From a virus (taxonomy: Duplodnaviria > Caudoviricetes): a DNA stretch of 64,000 nt. The notes beneath the pieces were generated by a model, which was given only the letters and a program-made list of their open reading frames with translations, had not been told where the DNA came from and ran no database searches. The stretch is taken from IMG/VR virus record IMGVR_UViG_3300013901_000005, positions 32,001 through 96,000 of that record. The stretch is one strand, 5' to 3'. Both the position numbers and the translations under genes were made by a program. Positions 9,101-19,473 of this stretch are shown piece by piece (within the stretch, counting starts at the first letter, position 1; each line of letters begins with the position of its first letter).

Positions 9101-12100
9101 TAATATTGCGATTGGCGGCAAAAAACGGCCATACGTTCCTATATACAATAAAATATATCAATTTAATGAAAACGGCAAATTATTAAAAGTATGGAATAAT
9201 ATTTATGAGATTTCTGATTTTTTTGAAACGTGGAAGCAATCAATTTATAGTGCAATTAATAATAAACAAAGATTGTATGGTTTTTATTGGAGTTATCAAA
9301 AAGAAATATGCATAAAAGATTTTTCAAATTCAAATAAAAACAGAAAGGTTTACCAATATTCAAAAGATGGAAAATGTATTGCAATTTATAATAGTATTGG
9401 AGAAGCTAGTAAGATTCTGAATATTTCTTCATCAAATATTATAAATAATGTAAACAATGGGTCTTTAACAAAAAACGATTATTATTTGTCATACAAATTA
9501 TATGATCAATATGTTTGTAGACCAAGAATGGATTTAAAAAATAAAATATTGTATTTGTATGATTTAGACGGAAATTTCATAAATAATACAACATCAAAAG
9601 ATTTCAAAAAAAAATACAATATTCATTCATATAAAGAATTAGAAAATGCAATATTAAACAATAAACCAATTCAAAAAAACCAAATAAAATTAGAAAAGTT
9701 TAATAAAATAGAAAAATATATTCCAATTAATAAAAAGAAAAAAGTTGAGATTTATAAAACAAATAGAGATTTTGTCGCAGAATTTGACAGTGTATCAAAT
9801 GCATGTAGACAATTAAAATTAGACCGCTCAACAATTTCAAAAATATTAAGAGGATGTGCCAAACGAACAAAAGGATATACAATTAAATATAAAAATTAAA
9901 GATATAGTCTACTCTTTATAGTAATATAAAGTATTTAAGTGTTATTAAATAAAGGAAATGTGGATTAATTAATAGTTCACAAAAAATTTCTCTAATTGCT
10001 GGAAAACCTTTAGTGAGACAACCAGCAGCTAAAAATGAAAATCATTTTGGGTTCAACGACTAATTGAAAAATAATAATAAATAAAAAGGGAAATAAATTA
10101 TGGAATATATAGTTTACAAAACAATAAATAAAATTAATAATAAATTTTATATAGGAGTTCACAAAACTGAAAATTCTAAAATATTTGATGGATATATAGG
10201 ATGTGGAATATATATTAATAAAGCAAAATATATCAAATCGCCAAATACATATTTTTTAAAAGCAATTAAAAAGTATGGTACTGATAATTTTTATAGAGTA
10301 GTTTTAAAATCTTTTAATAATTATAATGATGCTCTAGATCTGGAAAGATGGCTAGTTACTGAAAAGTTTATTAAAGATAATAATAATTATAATTCTGCTA
10401 TTGGTGGAGGGTTGTCTCCAAAAAATAATAAAGAAATATATCAATATGACTTAAATGGTAAATTAATTAAAAAGTGGAACTCTATGGTTGATATTAATAA
10501 TGCATTTAAAACCCATATTCAAATGAGTTATATTATTAATAATAGAAGAAGTTTTGCCGGATTTCTTTGGTCATTTAATAAGAATATAAATATTGATGAG
10601 TATATTTTGCATAATAATAGAGGGTTTATATCTCAATATGATTCTAAATTTAATTTTATCAGAAAATTTAAATCTTCTAAAGAAGCATCTAAAATTTTAA
10701 ACATACCCTTAGGATCAATAATTTCTAGTGTTTTTAGAAGAAAAAAAATAGACGGTTTTTATTTTTTAAAAGCTGATTTTGATATTGACGAACTTTTTAA
10801 AGATGAAATAAATTATGTTTATCGACAAACAAAAATATTTCAATATAATGATGATGGGGACTTTATAAATGTATATAAATCGATTTTAAATTGTTCAAAA
10901 GAATTAAATTTATCCTATAATAAAATAAAAGAAATTATTAATAAAAAGGAAAAGTTTAATAATTATTATTTATCATATAGATATGATACATCATATTTTA
11001 ATATAAAATTTCCAAATAAAAAAGTAATAATAAAAGTTTTGCAATATGATAAAAATAATCGGTTTATTAAAGAATGGGATGATATTAAACAATTATTAAA
11101 AGAATACCCAGAAGCACTAAAAGTTTGTAGAAACAAATTAAAGACACATAAAAATTATATATTCAAATATAAAATAATTTAAAGATATAGTCTGATCTTT
11201 GCAGTAATGTAAAGTTAACATAAATGGTTAATGGCAAGGCAACAATCGTAGAGCCTGATACTCAGAGACCTATAAAAATATATGTAGGGGTAATCAGTGA
11301 TGATTATTATAAAATCTTTTGAATTGCTGGAAATCCAAATGGATAATCAGCAGCTATATTGATATATCAGTAAAGTTCAGAGACTATCCGGTTATGGAAT
11401 ACATAAAATATGGAAGCAAAAGATAACTCATAAAAATTAAATAAAGTAATTTATGAAATATATAGTATATTGTACAATAAATTTAATTAATAATAAAATT
11501 TATATTGGAGTTCACAAAATTGATCCCAAACAAGTTAATGATTATTATTTAGGTTGTGGATGTTTTAGCAATAGTCCAAAATCGTATAATAAAAGAAATA
11601 CTGCTTTTTGCTGTGCAGTCTCAAAATATGGGCCATCAAATTTTAAAAGGGAGACAATTAAAGAATTTGACACATTAGAAGAGGCGCTTGAACTAGAAAA
11701 AGAAATTGTTAATAAAACATTCCTAAAAAGAAAAGATATTTATAACCAAATAGAAGGTGGTGGTTATCCACCAACTTTAGAAAAAAAAGTGTATCAATAT
11801 AATTTAAATGGATACTTTATGATGGAATGGAAATCTATAAAATCTATTACTAATTATTTTAATATAAATAAAGATAGAATAAATATGGTTATAAAATCAA
11901 AACGATCTTTTAATGCTTGTTATTGGTCATATAAATACGTAATACGCTTAGATACCTCTAATTATCGACCGAGTTCAAGAGGCAGTATAAGAGTCTTTTC
12001 TAAAGATAAAAAATTATTATATAATTTTGAGAATACAACAAAAGCAGCAGAATTTTTAAATATTAGACGAGAAAAAATAACAAATGCTATATATGGTAAA

Positions 12101-14141
12101 TATGCAACAAATAATTATTATTTTTTAAAAGAAGACGAAGATATTGAAACATATTTAAGTAAAAATAATAAAAATCAACATATATTTCAATATGATGAAA
12201 ATGGAAGTTTATTAAACGAATATAACAATGTTGCAGAAATAAGAAAAAATATAAATATAATAAAAATGATTTAAAAAGAGCAGTTAAAAATAATAGTTTA
12301 TTAAATGGTTTTTATTGGTCTTATTTTAAATGTAATAACATATTAAATAATGAGTTAATGATATAGTCCGACACTACTAGTAATAGTAGATAACAGAGAA
12401 TGATATATAGGCGAGGGAGCAATCCCTCAGATTGAGGCCGCAGCCAACAAATACGTTTATAATGACAAGCCCAGTCTGCCGTTGTTCAATATGATTATGG
12501 CAGATATGTCAGACAAGTGTCAGAGCGATACAGGCAATCACTACGCTTTTGTGGTGAATCGAATTCTTTGGAATGATATTAACCTCGTTCTTGGTGAGTT
12601 CCTTTCACACTATCGCACTGATGGTTCATTTATGTACTCAAAGTCAGCTAACCAGGGCAAGGGTGGTTACGTAAAAGTAGGTGCCACATATGATACATAT
12701 GAGTTCGCTAGTTAATGCCGGCGAATAAAAATTTATTAAATTGCTGGAAAATTATATAAAAATATAAACTATAACATAATTGGAAACAGTATGTGTGAAT
12801 GTTTAAAAATTATATTTTATAATAACCAGCAGCAAACTTCCTAAACAATAAAATTGCATGGAAGCTGTTCAACGACTATTTTAACAAAATAAGAAATATC
12901 TAAAAGAATAAACGTTATGAATTTAAAATATATATTATACATTACAATTAATACTATTAATGGAAAGTTTTATATTGGTGTACATAAAACAAATCCAGAA
13001 GTTTTTGATGGATATATTGGAAATGGAATATATCGTCAATCAGAAGCTGTGAAAAATACACCATTCCATAAAGCAGTAAAGAAATATGGGTATGATAATT
13101 TTAAAAGAACTATTATAAAAATTTTTCCATTTGATGAACAAGGATATACTGATGCATATAAATTAGAATCAATTTTAGTTAATGAAACTTTATTAAAAAA
13201 CAAAAATTGTTATAATTGTTCACTAGGCGGATTTGGTAGTATAAATAATGATAATTTAAAAAAAATTTATAAATTTGATTTAAATGGAAATTATTTAAGA
13301 AGTTTTAAGTCTGTTAGAGAAGCTGCTTTATCTATTAATCCAGAAAACATTTATAATACAATCAAATCAATAAGAAATAATTGTTTAGGTATATCAAAAA
13401 GTAGTTTTGGATATTATTGGAGCTATATAAAGCAATTTAATTATTCAAATAACAATAGCAAAAAAATATCTCAATATACTTTATCTGGAAAATTTATTAA
13501 AAACTATAATAGTATTGAAGAAGCACAATTTGATTTACATTTAAATTCAATTGCATAGGCGATTTCAAAGCATTATAATTGTGGAGGTTTTCAATGGAGA
13601 TTTTATAATGGATCTACAAAAGATATCACTCCTTTAATAAACGAACGAAATAAGAATAAAATATTACCAATATTAATGATAGATATAAAAACTGGAAATA
13701 CAAAAAAATATAGTAGTATTCAAGAATGTGTAATAAAAAATCCTCAATTAAGAAAAACTCAAATAAACAGAGTTATAAAAAAAATAATTAAGTCACATAA
13801 AGGATTTTATTTTAAATATGATAACGATAATATAGTCTAAATTGGGCAACTCTATAACCTTTATGGTTGATAGAGCACTCACTCGCGAATATCCTACAAA
13901 GGGATATGGTGTATGTATCGACTTGACCGCTGACAAGACAACTGGTATGCCAGCTATTGGCAAATTTAGTCTTACCGGAAAAGACTTTATGACAAATAAG
14001 GTCATTGGTGTAGGCGGTTATGACGGAAAAACCTCTGGTGAGGTAGCCAGCAATGTGGCTGGCAGTAAGCTGATAATGAGTGGGTATGCAGGTATTGCAT
14101 GCTTTGCTCCGTATCGTTCAGTTATTTTGCGTCAGGCTTAA
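6169..14141 (+). CDS. major capsid protein, 8 exons / 7 group I introns, 475 aa after splicing
   Basis: join(6169-6210,6393-6758,7967-8095,8435-8648,9940-9965,11227-11273,12403-12709,13845-14141) = 1428 nt, one open frame of crAss MCP-like sequence; junctions supported by P1 (and mostly P10) pairing. Confidence 0.88.
6211..6392 (+). mobile_element. group I intron 1 (182 nt, no ORF)
   Basis: P ATTGCTGGGAA, Q AATCAGCAG, R GTTCAACGACTA, S GATATAGTC; exon ATGGGT pairs with GCCCAT (U.G at the splice site); ends in G. Confidence 0.88.
6393..6758 (+). CDS. major capsid protein exon 2
   Basis: QTKTYEDWSKYLGARPKRLGVVARMY...HPIRKRD. Confidence 0.85.
6759..7966 (+). mobile_element. group I intron 2 (1208 nt)
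   Basis: P/Q/R/S motifs; P1 AAGCGTGAT/GTCTCGCTT; perfect 9-bp P10 CCAATAATT/AATTATTGG. Confidence 0.9.
6904..7953 (+). CDS. intron-encoded GIY-YIG-like protein with NUMOD1-type repeats (degenerate active site)
   Basis: MKYIVFLT...LVGVHKT...FDGYLG aligns with the sibling endonucleases; VYQYDLxGKL repeats. Confidence 0.8.
   Translation: MKYIVFLTTGLKTNRNLVGVHKTNTPDIFDGYLGDGVEADKASSFMYPKSAFQYDVKMTGSKSYRRITIATCDTYKEACAKANKIIDNIIDDTSYYNFERIDSRTVYQYDLVGKLKRKWNFMEIADFYNYPQERIKCFIDLKVSFSDSFWSFDKYIDINEYNDNFINHVTYIYNKNGKLIKVYSNYDDAIKFLNCPVKQALDAIKTQRDINGYYISNKLYSLFEPKPRRQNKSQIFHVYKDTGEYLGAYKGKTVMKVINQHSWKKISNTFNLYGGWYKDFYLSLVTVDKIPERPWKKKVEVYDKDGKLIETVYNLNILGSKYKVPKNKIVDIQQGNKYYGDYIFKYYSK
7967..8095 (+). 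CDS. major capsid protein exon 3
   Basis: NYWELQVRLIDN...QPELSEEG. Confidence 0.82.
8096..8434 (+). mobile_element. group I intron 3 (339 nt, IA2-like, endonuclease remnant in P8)
   Basis: P/Q/R/S motifs, P7.1/P7.2 hairpins, GAAA-capped P9; P1 GAGGAAGGC/ACTTTCCTC. Confidence 0.85.
8435..8648 (+). CDS. major capsid protein exon 4
   Basis: YSKFQSNMELHRNYMTTFRCD...YAMNTG. Confidence 0.85.
8649..9939 (+). mobile_element. group I intron 4
   Basis: P1 ACAGGGT/GCTCTGT; P10 AATAACA/TGTTATT; P/Q/R/S motifs. Confidence 0.9.
8799..9899 (+). CDS. GIY-YIG homing endonuclease with NUMOD1-type repeats
   Basis: YIVY...KIYIG, FKR, EALLKE, YN motifs; C-terminal HTH and KGYTIKY. Confidence 0.88.
   Translation: MENNLKYIVYQTINIVNNKIYIGIHGTKDPMRFDGYIGNGVNINYPSTYMNPKFPFQFAVKKYGTSNFKRSVLYIYNTEIEALLKEEEIVNEDFIKRNDTYNIAIGGKKRPYVPIYNKIYQFNENGKLLKVWNNIYEISDFFETWKQSIYSAINNKQRLYGFYWSYQKEICIKDFSNSNKNRKVYQYSKDGKCIAIYNSIGEASKILNISSSNIINNVNNGSLTKNDYYLSYKLYDQYVCRPRMDLKNKILYLYDLDGNFINNTTSKDFKKKYNIHSYKELENAILNNKPIQKNQIKLEKFNKIEKYIPINKKKKVEIYKTNRDFVAEFDSVSNACRQLKLDRSTISKILRGCAKRTKGYTIKYKN
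9940..9965 (+). CDS. major capsid protein exon 5 (26 nt)
   Basis: Gives (L)LLNKGNVD in frame between introns 4 and 5. Confidence 0.8.
9966..11226 (+). mobile_element. group I intron 5
   Basis: P1 TGTGGAT/GTTCACA; P/Q/R/S motifs; GTAA-capped P9; terminal G. Confidence 0.88.
10100..11182 (+). CDS. GIY-YIG homing endonuclease with NUMOD1-type repeats
   Basis: YIVY...FYIG, FYR, DALDLE, YN motifs. Confidence 0.88.
   Translation: MEYIVYKTINKINNKFYIGVHKTENSKIFDGYIGCGIYINKAKYIKSPNTYFLKAIKKYGTDNFYRVVLKSFNNYNDALDLERWLVTEKFIKDNNNYNSAIGGGLSPKNNKEIYQYDLNGKLIKKWNSMVDINNAFKTHIQMSYIINNRRSFAGFLWSFNKNINIDEYILHNNRGFISQYDSKFNFIRKFKSSKEASKILNIPLGSIISSVFRRKKIDGFYFLKADFDIDELFKDEINYVYRQTKIFQYNDDGDFINVYKSILNCSKELNLSYNKIKEIINKKEKFNNYYLSYRYDTSYFNIKFPNKKVIIKVLQYDKNNRFIKEWDDIKQLLKEYPEALKVCRNKLKTHKNYIFKYKII
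11227..11273 (+). CDS. major capsid protein exon 6 (47 nt)
   Basis: VNGKATIVEPDTQRP(I). Confidence 0.8.
11274..12402 (+). mobile_element. group I intron 6
   Basis: P1 CCTAT/GTAGG; P10 ATATAT; R variant GTTCAGAGACTA; S GATATAGTCC. Confidence 0.88.
11453..12274 (+). CDS. GIY-YIG homing endonuclease (C-terminus probably frameshifted)
   Basis: YIVY...IYIG, FKR, EALELE, YN motifs; repeat-like coding continues in another frame after about 12250. Confidence 0.85.
   Translation: MKYIVYCTINLINNKIYIGVHKIDPKQVNDYYLGCGCFSNSPKSYNKRNTAFCCAVSKYGPSNFKRETIKEFDTLEEALELEKEIVNKTFLKRKDIYNQIEGGGYPPTLEKKVYQYNLNGYFMMEWKSIKSITNYFNINKDRINMVIKSKRSFNACYWSYKYVIRLDTSNYRPSSRGSIRVFSKDKKLLYNFENTTKAAEFLNIRREKITNAIYGKYATNNYYFLKEDEDIETYLSKNNKNQHIFQYDENGSLLNEYNNVAEIRKNINIIKMI
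12403..12709 (+). CDS. major capsid protein exon 7
   Basis: YIGEGAIPQIE...YVKVGATYDTYEFA. Confidence 0.85.
12710..13844 (+). mobile_element. group I intron 7
   Basis: P1 TTCGCT/GGCGAA; P10 TGCC/GGCA; extended P5 region; R GTTCAACGACTA; S ATATAGTC. Confidence 0.88.
12917..13840 (+). CDS. GIY-YIG homing endonuclease (one in-frame TAG=Gln)
   Basis: Track ORF 12917..13558 continues through TAG with CGGFQWRFY...HKGFYFKY to TAA 13838-13840. Confidence 0.85.
13845..14141 (+). CDS. major capsid protein exon 8
   Basis: GNSITFMVDRALTREYP...APYRSVILRQA, then stop. Confidence 0.85.
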   Translation, partial: GNSITFMVDRALTREYPTKGYGVCIDLTADKTTGMPAIGKFSLTGKDFMTNKVIGVGGYDGKTSGEVASNVAGSKLIMSGYAGIACFAPYRSVILRQA

Positions 14142-14185
14142 TAATAACGATACAATAAATTAAAAAAATAGAAAATGAGATAAAC

Positions 14186-14217
14186 CCGGAGGAGCACAGT
14201 CTCCTCCGGTTATATTT
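14186..14217 (+). terminator. hairpin/terminator after the capsid gene
   Basis: CCGGAGGAG-cacagt-CTCCTCCGG, with a weak T tail. Confidence 0.6.
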
Positions 14218-14233
14218 AATGTTAAATGTATTA

Positions 14234-15106
14234 ATGATGGTAGCAAATAAGAAAGTCACAAAAGCAGATATTGTTTTTGATGATAAAATAATAACATTAA
14301 AAAGCACATATGACAAGGCTGGAATTAAATATTTCCTACAACCTTGTAAGAACAAATATGGCTAGTTTCCACCCTGTATTAAGAAAGTGAATTCACAGGG
14401 TGATATGATTATGAGTGAGAAGGAGCGCGACGCATATTCTGAAGGTCGTGCAGTATTCTTTCCAGAAAATCATATTTTTGTAGTTCAGAGCGGAAAGACT
14501 TATAATCTTGATGATCCCTACGATAAGGCGGAATGGGAGGCAATTGAGAATTGTCCTTTGATTGCGAAGAGCCGCGATGAGAAAGACGCAAACGGAAATC
14601 TTATTATTGATGGCCCACGTTCTACGGCATTACATCCGGCAAGATATGGTGTCGCAGAATTGTATGTCGATCGTCCTGGAGTTCAGGCACAGCGCCGAGT
14701 AACTCGTAAACAACTTATCCATAAGGCAGAATCGTTTATCTATGATGATCCTAGAGGTCTTGATGGACAGATGAATATTGCCCGTATTTTGGGTAAGGAT
14801 ATGAGAAATCAGCCTATTGCTGACGTTCTTGATTATCTATTGGATGTTGCAGATAAGGATCCGCAGAGAATTATTAATATCTATTCTGATGATATTTCAA
14901 CACAATTGATGTTTCTTGATGCAAAGGAGAAGCATATTATTGTTTTGAGAAACAAGCTATATTTCTATGGAGATAATATTGTCCTCGGTGCAACTGATGA
15001 GGCAGCACTTGCCTGGTTGCGAGAACCGAAGAATCAGAAGATAGTAGAACTGATAAAGAGAGACGTATATCCTGAGTTCTATTCGGAAGATAAGAATAAA
15101 AAGTAA
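14234..15106 (+). CDS. conserved crAss head-module protein (gene 75-like; TAG=Gln)
   Basis: Track ORF 14387..15106 extends upstream through one TAG; directly follows the MCP; start could be 14219, 14234 or 14237. Confidence 0.75.
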
Positions 15107-15125
15107 TAATTAAAATTATACCGCA

Positions 15126-16043
15126 GTGACATCTAGAGAGGCGTATAAAAATCTTTTAATTGAATTAAATAAGGTTAATGCATCTCCTATTTTATTGGAT
15201 GATTTTAACTATTTAATCAATAAGGCCATAATTTAGGTGGCTAACAAGAGGTATAATATCTATGATACTTCACAGCAGGTTGCCGATGATTTACGCGTAT
15301 TAAAATCTACAGCATTTTTAAAGAAAGAGGAAAAAGATTTTAATGCTATCGATGATATTACAGCATATGGTTTAACGGGTACTTCTTATGTTGTCCATTT
15401 TCCTTTGGATTATTTTCATCTGTTAAATTGCATATGTGTTTTTAAGATTAAAGGAAATTCGGTAAACTGCAAAAAAGACGGAGAGCTGGTTTAGTTCGCC
15501 GCAAAAAGGGTTACTTCTGATTCATGGCCTGTTATTAATTCAAATTATTATTTTAGACCAAGACCAGAATAGCCATATTATTTTATTCACAATATAAATA
15601 CCTCTACAGAACTACCTACAAATAAAATTGAAGTTGAAAATCTGACTAGGGACACTGATGGCACTGATACAAGTATTCCTTCTACTTTTACTTTTAATGG
15701 ATAGGAAATATCTACAAAGAAAAAGCAATAGGAAGTACGATATGGGAATTATTCAAGTATTCGGTGTGAGATACGGTGTGGTTCAGATACTTCTAAATAT
15801 GAGCCAGTAGGGGTAGTTATAGATTATCTGAAAGTTCCTAAGTATGTGAAACTAACCTAGGATGAGTTAGATATGGTTGAGGATAATTCGTAGGTACTGG
15901 AATTTCCAGAACCTTTATGTTTTGAGATAATGAATGAACTGGTGCATTTGGCAATGGAAAATATTGCCGAACCAAGATTATAGACACATATTCCAGTTAC
16001 AGCGTCGGTTGCAAGTCCAGTTCAGCAGTCGACAAAAAAATAA
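15126..16043 (+). CDS. virion ring/neck protein (gene 74-like; TAG=Gln)
   Basis: GTG start; LIELNKVNASPILLDDFNYLINKAI...IDYLKVP...LEFPE; 305 aa. Confidence 0.75.
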
Positions 16044-16058
16044 TAAAATTTTATAATT

Positions 16059-17030
16059 ATGTTTCAATTTACAACTACTAATGTAATTAATTCTTTAAAG
16101 GATCTTACTACCGGTAAGGATCTTATTGTTACAACCGGCACAAATGGTGCAGAGCTTACCGATGAGGTTATTATCAAGCGAATTGGCGATTTCAAGAAAG
16201 CCAATGTATAGGATATCTATTATACACCTGGTTCTGAGGCTGAGCTTGCCGCTGTTTGTTTTGATATGACTGGTCTTGAAGCCGATGGTAAGTATCGTTT
16301 GAATCTTTATATTGGTCTTACCCAGGGTTCTGCTGACAGTCGTTATGCAAATGATCTTTATCATAAGGGTAAGGCTTTCTCGATTGATTTTGTTGCCGAT
16401 GCAGACGCTGCTAAGACAGCAGAGAATCTTGTCAATATTCTTAATAAGTATGATATTCTTGTTTATGGCGATCGTCAGTTGAAGGCTAGTGCAAAGACTG
16501 CATTTGTTGCTATCGAGGCAGTAAACGAGTATCAGCGTTTTGTTCGTGCAAATATCGAGAAGTTCGATCCTACTGCTTATTTTGAGATGGGCGATTATAA
16601 GGTTGTTAAGAGCCTTGCTGATCTTAAAGTAGCAGAGCATGATAAAGTTGTTAAGGATGGTGCTCCTGTAGGGGCTGGTAAATTCCTTGGTAAGGAAGGC
16701 TTTGGTACGTATTCGTATCTTCTTCACAATCTTCGTCTCCCGACTTCTGCCCGTTCTGAGGCATTTGCCTGGAATAAGGAAGAGAGTCCTGTACCTGGTG
16801 TTGTCTATGACGAGTATGTACTTCATTATTGTGCTGATCGTGGCGAGCTTGGTATGAACGCTGTCGGTGATACCGTTAAGTCGGTTACTACCCACGTATT
16901 CTATGTACCCAATACTTTAAAGAAGGAGTTCTAGACTGCTTTGAAGAGAGTTGGCACAATTATTGATAATACAACTGGTTAGGCTGTTGCTGAGCAATCA
17001 GCTACTGGTGGTAAGAGTGTAAAGGCTTAA
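16059..17030 (+). CDS. auxiliary capsid-type structural protein (TAG=Gln)
   Basis: MFQFTTTNVINS...EGFGTYSYLLHNLRLPT...SVTTHVFYV; biased codon use suggesting high expression; followed by a terminator. Confidence 0.75.
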
Positions 17031-17051
17031 TTAAGTTTAACTAAATAATTT

Positions 17052-17090
17052 AGGCGAAAGCGAGATGATCGCCTTCGCCTTTATTTTTTT
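17052..17090 (+). terminator. intrinsic terminator
   Basis: AGGCGAAAGCGA/TCGCCTTCGCCT stem followed by a T run. Confidence 0.8.
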
Positions 17091-17096
17091 ATATAT

Positions 17097-17786
17097 ATGT
17101 ATAGTTAGGTTGAGAAACTAGCTTCTGCCGTTTATAATGATATTGTAAGCGGTTTATAGGGATTCCATATAAATTCCAGTATCAATATGGAATAGCTTAT
17201 TGATGATATAATATCAGAAAGGCTATAGGTTATTAAGGAATATGCGATAAAGGGTATTCTTCCAGTTGATGATTTATATGTATCAATAAACTGTATTCCA
17301 GTAGAGTGTGGAAATATTGATAAATGTTCGTGCCGTTCTGATTATTAGGATCCGAATGATCTGCATTTGCATTTTGAGATACCATAGCTTCTGAATGATT
17401 ATTAGGATTTATCAATAGCATATATAGGATCTGTTGATAAATAGCTTCCTTTTATTTATTATACATCGCCATAGGCAATGAGAATATAGAAATATAGGAA
17501 GAGAGGAAAGGATAGGCCATATGTATGGATTGACACTTCCCCGAATGAGAATGGAATGTATGATTGTTGGGCGTTCAATGCACCGCTTTTAAAAACCATA
17601 TCTATTACTGGTATTTTTAAGGATCCCAGACAACTGGAAAAATATTCCTGTTGTATAGAGAATTCAGATGACAATTTGTCATTTATAGATAATGAGGTTA
17701 AGAAAAGGCTTACTTCAAAAAAGATATAGTATTATAGATAGCTTGCTGCACAGCCGCTTCCTAATACCTAGACATACACAGCATGA
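17097..17786 (+). CDS. tail ring protein (TAG=Gln)
   Basis: 229 aa, open only with about a dozen TAG read-throughs; KLASAVYNDIVSGL...GIFKDPRQL. Confidence 0.72.
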
Positions 17787-18478
17787 TAGCGAATAATGAT
17801 TTTCACTACGCATAGTTTCTTCTTGATGAATTATATGGTATTAAAATGCCGGATGAGAAATTTGAGGAAATTGGACTTATTGCATTTGATAGAATAGGCA
17901 ATAAAAGAATGAGAATATATAGATATACCATTCATTTGGATGATTGCGTAAACTATGTAGATCTTCCGTGCAACTGTGATTAGCTTGAAGCTGTTACAAC
18001 TGGTTTTGAGGATTGGAATTATTCAACAAATGATACACCAAACGGTGATATCAGCTCTGCCTTTACCGAATAGTATATTGAATATAGGAAGCATAATATG
18101 GATAAAATGTATATTCCTGGAAAATATATTAAATATGAGCTAGTTGGAGATAGGCTTTATTTTAAAGAGCATTGGCCGATAATCAATATATTATATAGAG
18201 GATAGGAGGTTGATGATAATGGCCTACCAAAACTTACGGATAAAGAGGCAGTTGCAATTGCTACGTTCTGTGCTTATATTACGAAATATAAAGAAGGGTT
18301 AAAGACGATGAATACATAGATAGTATAGCTAGCCGAGTCACTTAATGCCAAATGGCTTTTACAATGCGATTAGGCTAGAATACAGCATATGACACAGAAT
18401 GATTTTGATGAAATCTTAGATGCAAAAACTGCTTGGGGCAGAAAATAGTATAGGAAATCTTTTAAATTAAATCAATGA
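17783..18478 (+). CDS. tail ring/tubular protein (TAG=Gln)
   Basis: 231 aa; FEEIGLIAFDRIGNK...VDLPCNC...DDNGLPKLTDKEAVAIATFCAY; ATGA overlaps at both ends. Confidence 0.72.
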
Positions 18479-19473
18479 GATAGTTGGCACAGGGTTTTGC
18501 TTTTAATGCAAAGGAATTAATGGCAAATATGAATATGAAAAGGTTGACTTTTTTAGGCAAAGACTGTATTCCATATACTCACGATAAACACAAAGATGAA
18601 TTTAGTGCAAATGTTTTTCTTACGCATTTCTTTTTGGTTGTAAATGATATTATAGAAAGAAATGTTACATATCATATTTTTAGAAGAACTGGAGCTAAAG
18701 GTCTTTTAAAGACTAGAATTATTAGAGGTCATCGTTTTAAAAAGTTATATAATGTTGGTTTTTTTAAAGGTCTTGATCCTATGAAAACCTATTTTACAGG
18801 AGCCGAGTTAATTGTAAGTATATATTGTTATAAAAAGCCTTTCATTCAACCAGTTTATCTAAATGAGTTCTTATAGAAAGATTTAATAAAAAAGTTGAAT
18901 GAAGGAAAGCAATATGGGGACGGAAAAATAGAAACTACGTGGAGAGATTATATGGATAAAATATATGAAAAATATTCAAATATTCCACGGAAGGATCTTA
19001 ATTATATTGTTTGTACTGGATGGTCAAATTTTTTACAATTAAAATTAAGAGGAGCGGATATTTCCCTTTTACAAAGACCAGCAAAGGCATATATAGGAAA
19101 GCTTTTCAAAGATGAATTGGATCATTTTGAATATTACAAAAAAAAGATGCTTTTCAAAATGATGTTTCTTGACAGAAAAAAACATAAATTAAAATTGGGA
19201 GATAAATGGTATATTTATCTTACTAAATCACAACTTGAAAAGCTAAAGCAAGGTACTTGTACGATGAATCTGAAAGCATATAGGACAAGAGAACTGGCCG
19301 ATTTGGGAACAAGTTTAGGTACATACGTATATTCAATAAAAAGAGAAGAAGAGTCCAATATATATAGTAGAAGTTTTGAACAAGAAGATTTTAAAAATAT
19401 GGTATTTGAATGTGAGAGAAAAGCAACCACATTTAAATATATTTAGGATAATTTAAAGAAATACAAAGTATGA
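18475..19473 (+). CDS. basic hypothetical protein, possibly IHF-like (joins two track ORFs; TAG=Gln)
   Basis: Track ORFs 18484..18876 and 18895..19446 are in the same frame and separated only by TAG; ATGA overlaps at both ends. Confidence 0.7.

Noticed and set aside
6240-13840. Recurring TTGCTGGAA / CAGCAGC / GTTCAACGACTA / GATATAGTC as a CRISPR or repeat array
   Set aside because: These are group I intron P, Q, R and S elements with irregular kb-scale spacing.
16095-16895. 266-aa - strand ORF
   Set aside because: Antisense shadow of the codon-biased auxiliary capsid gene; no motif or expression signals.
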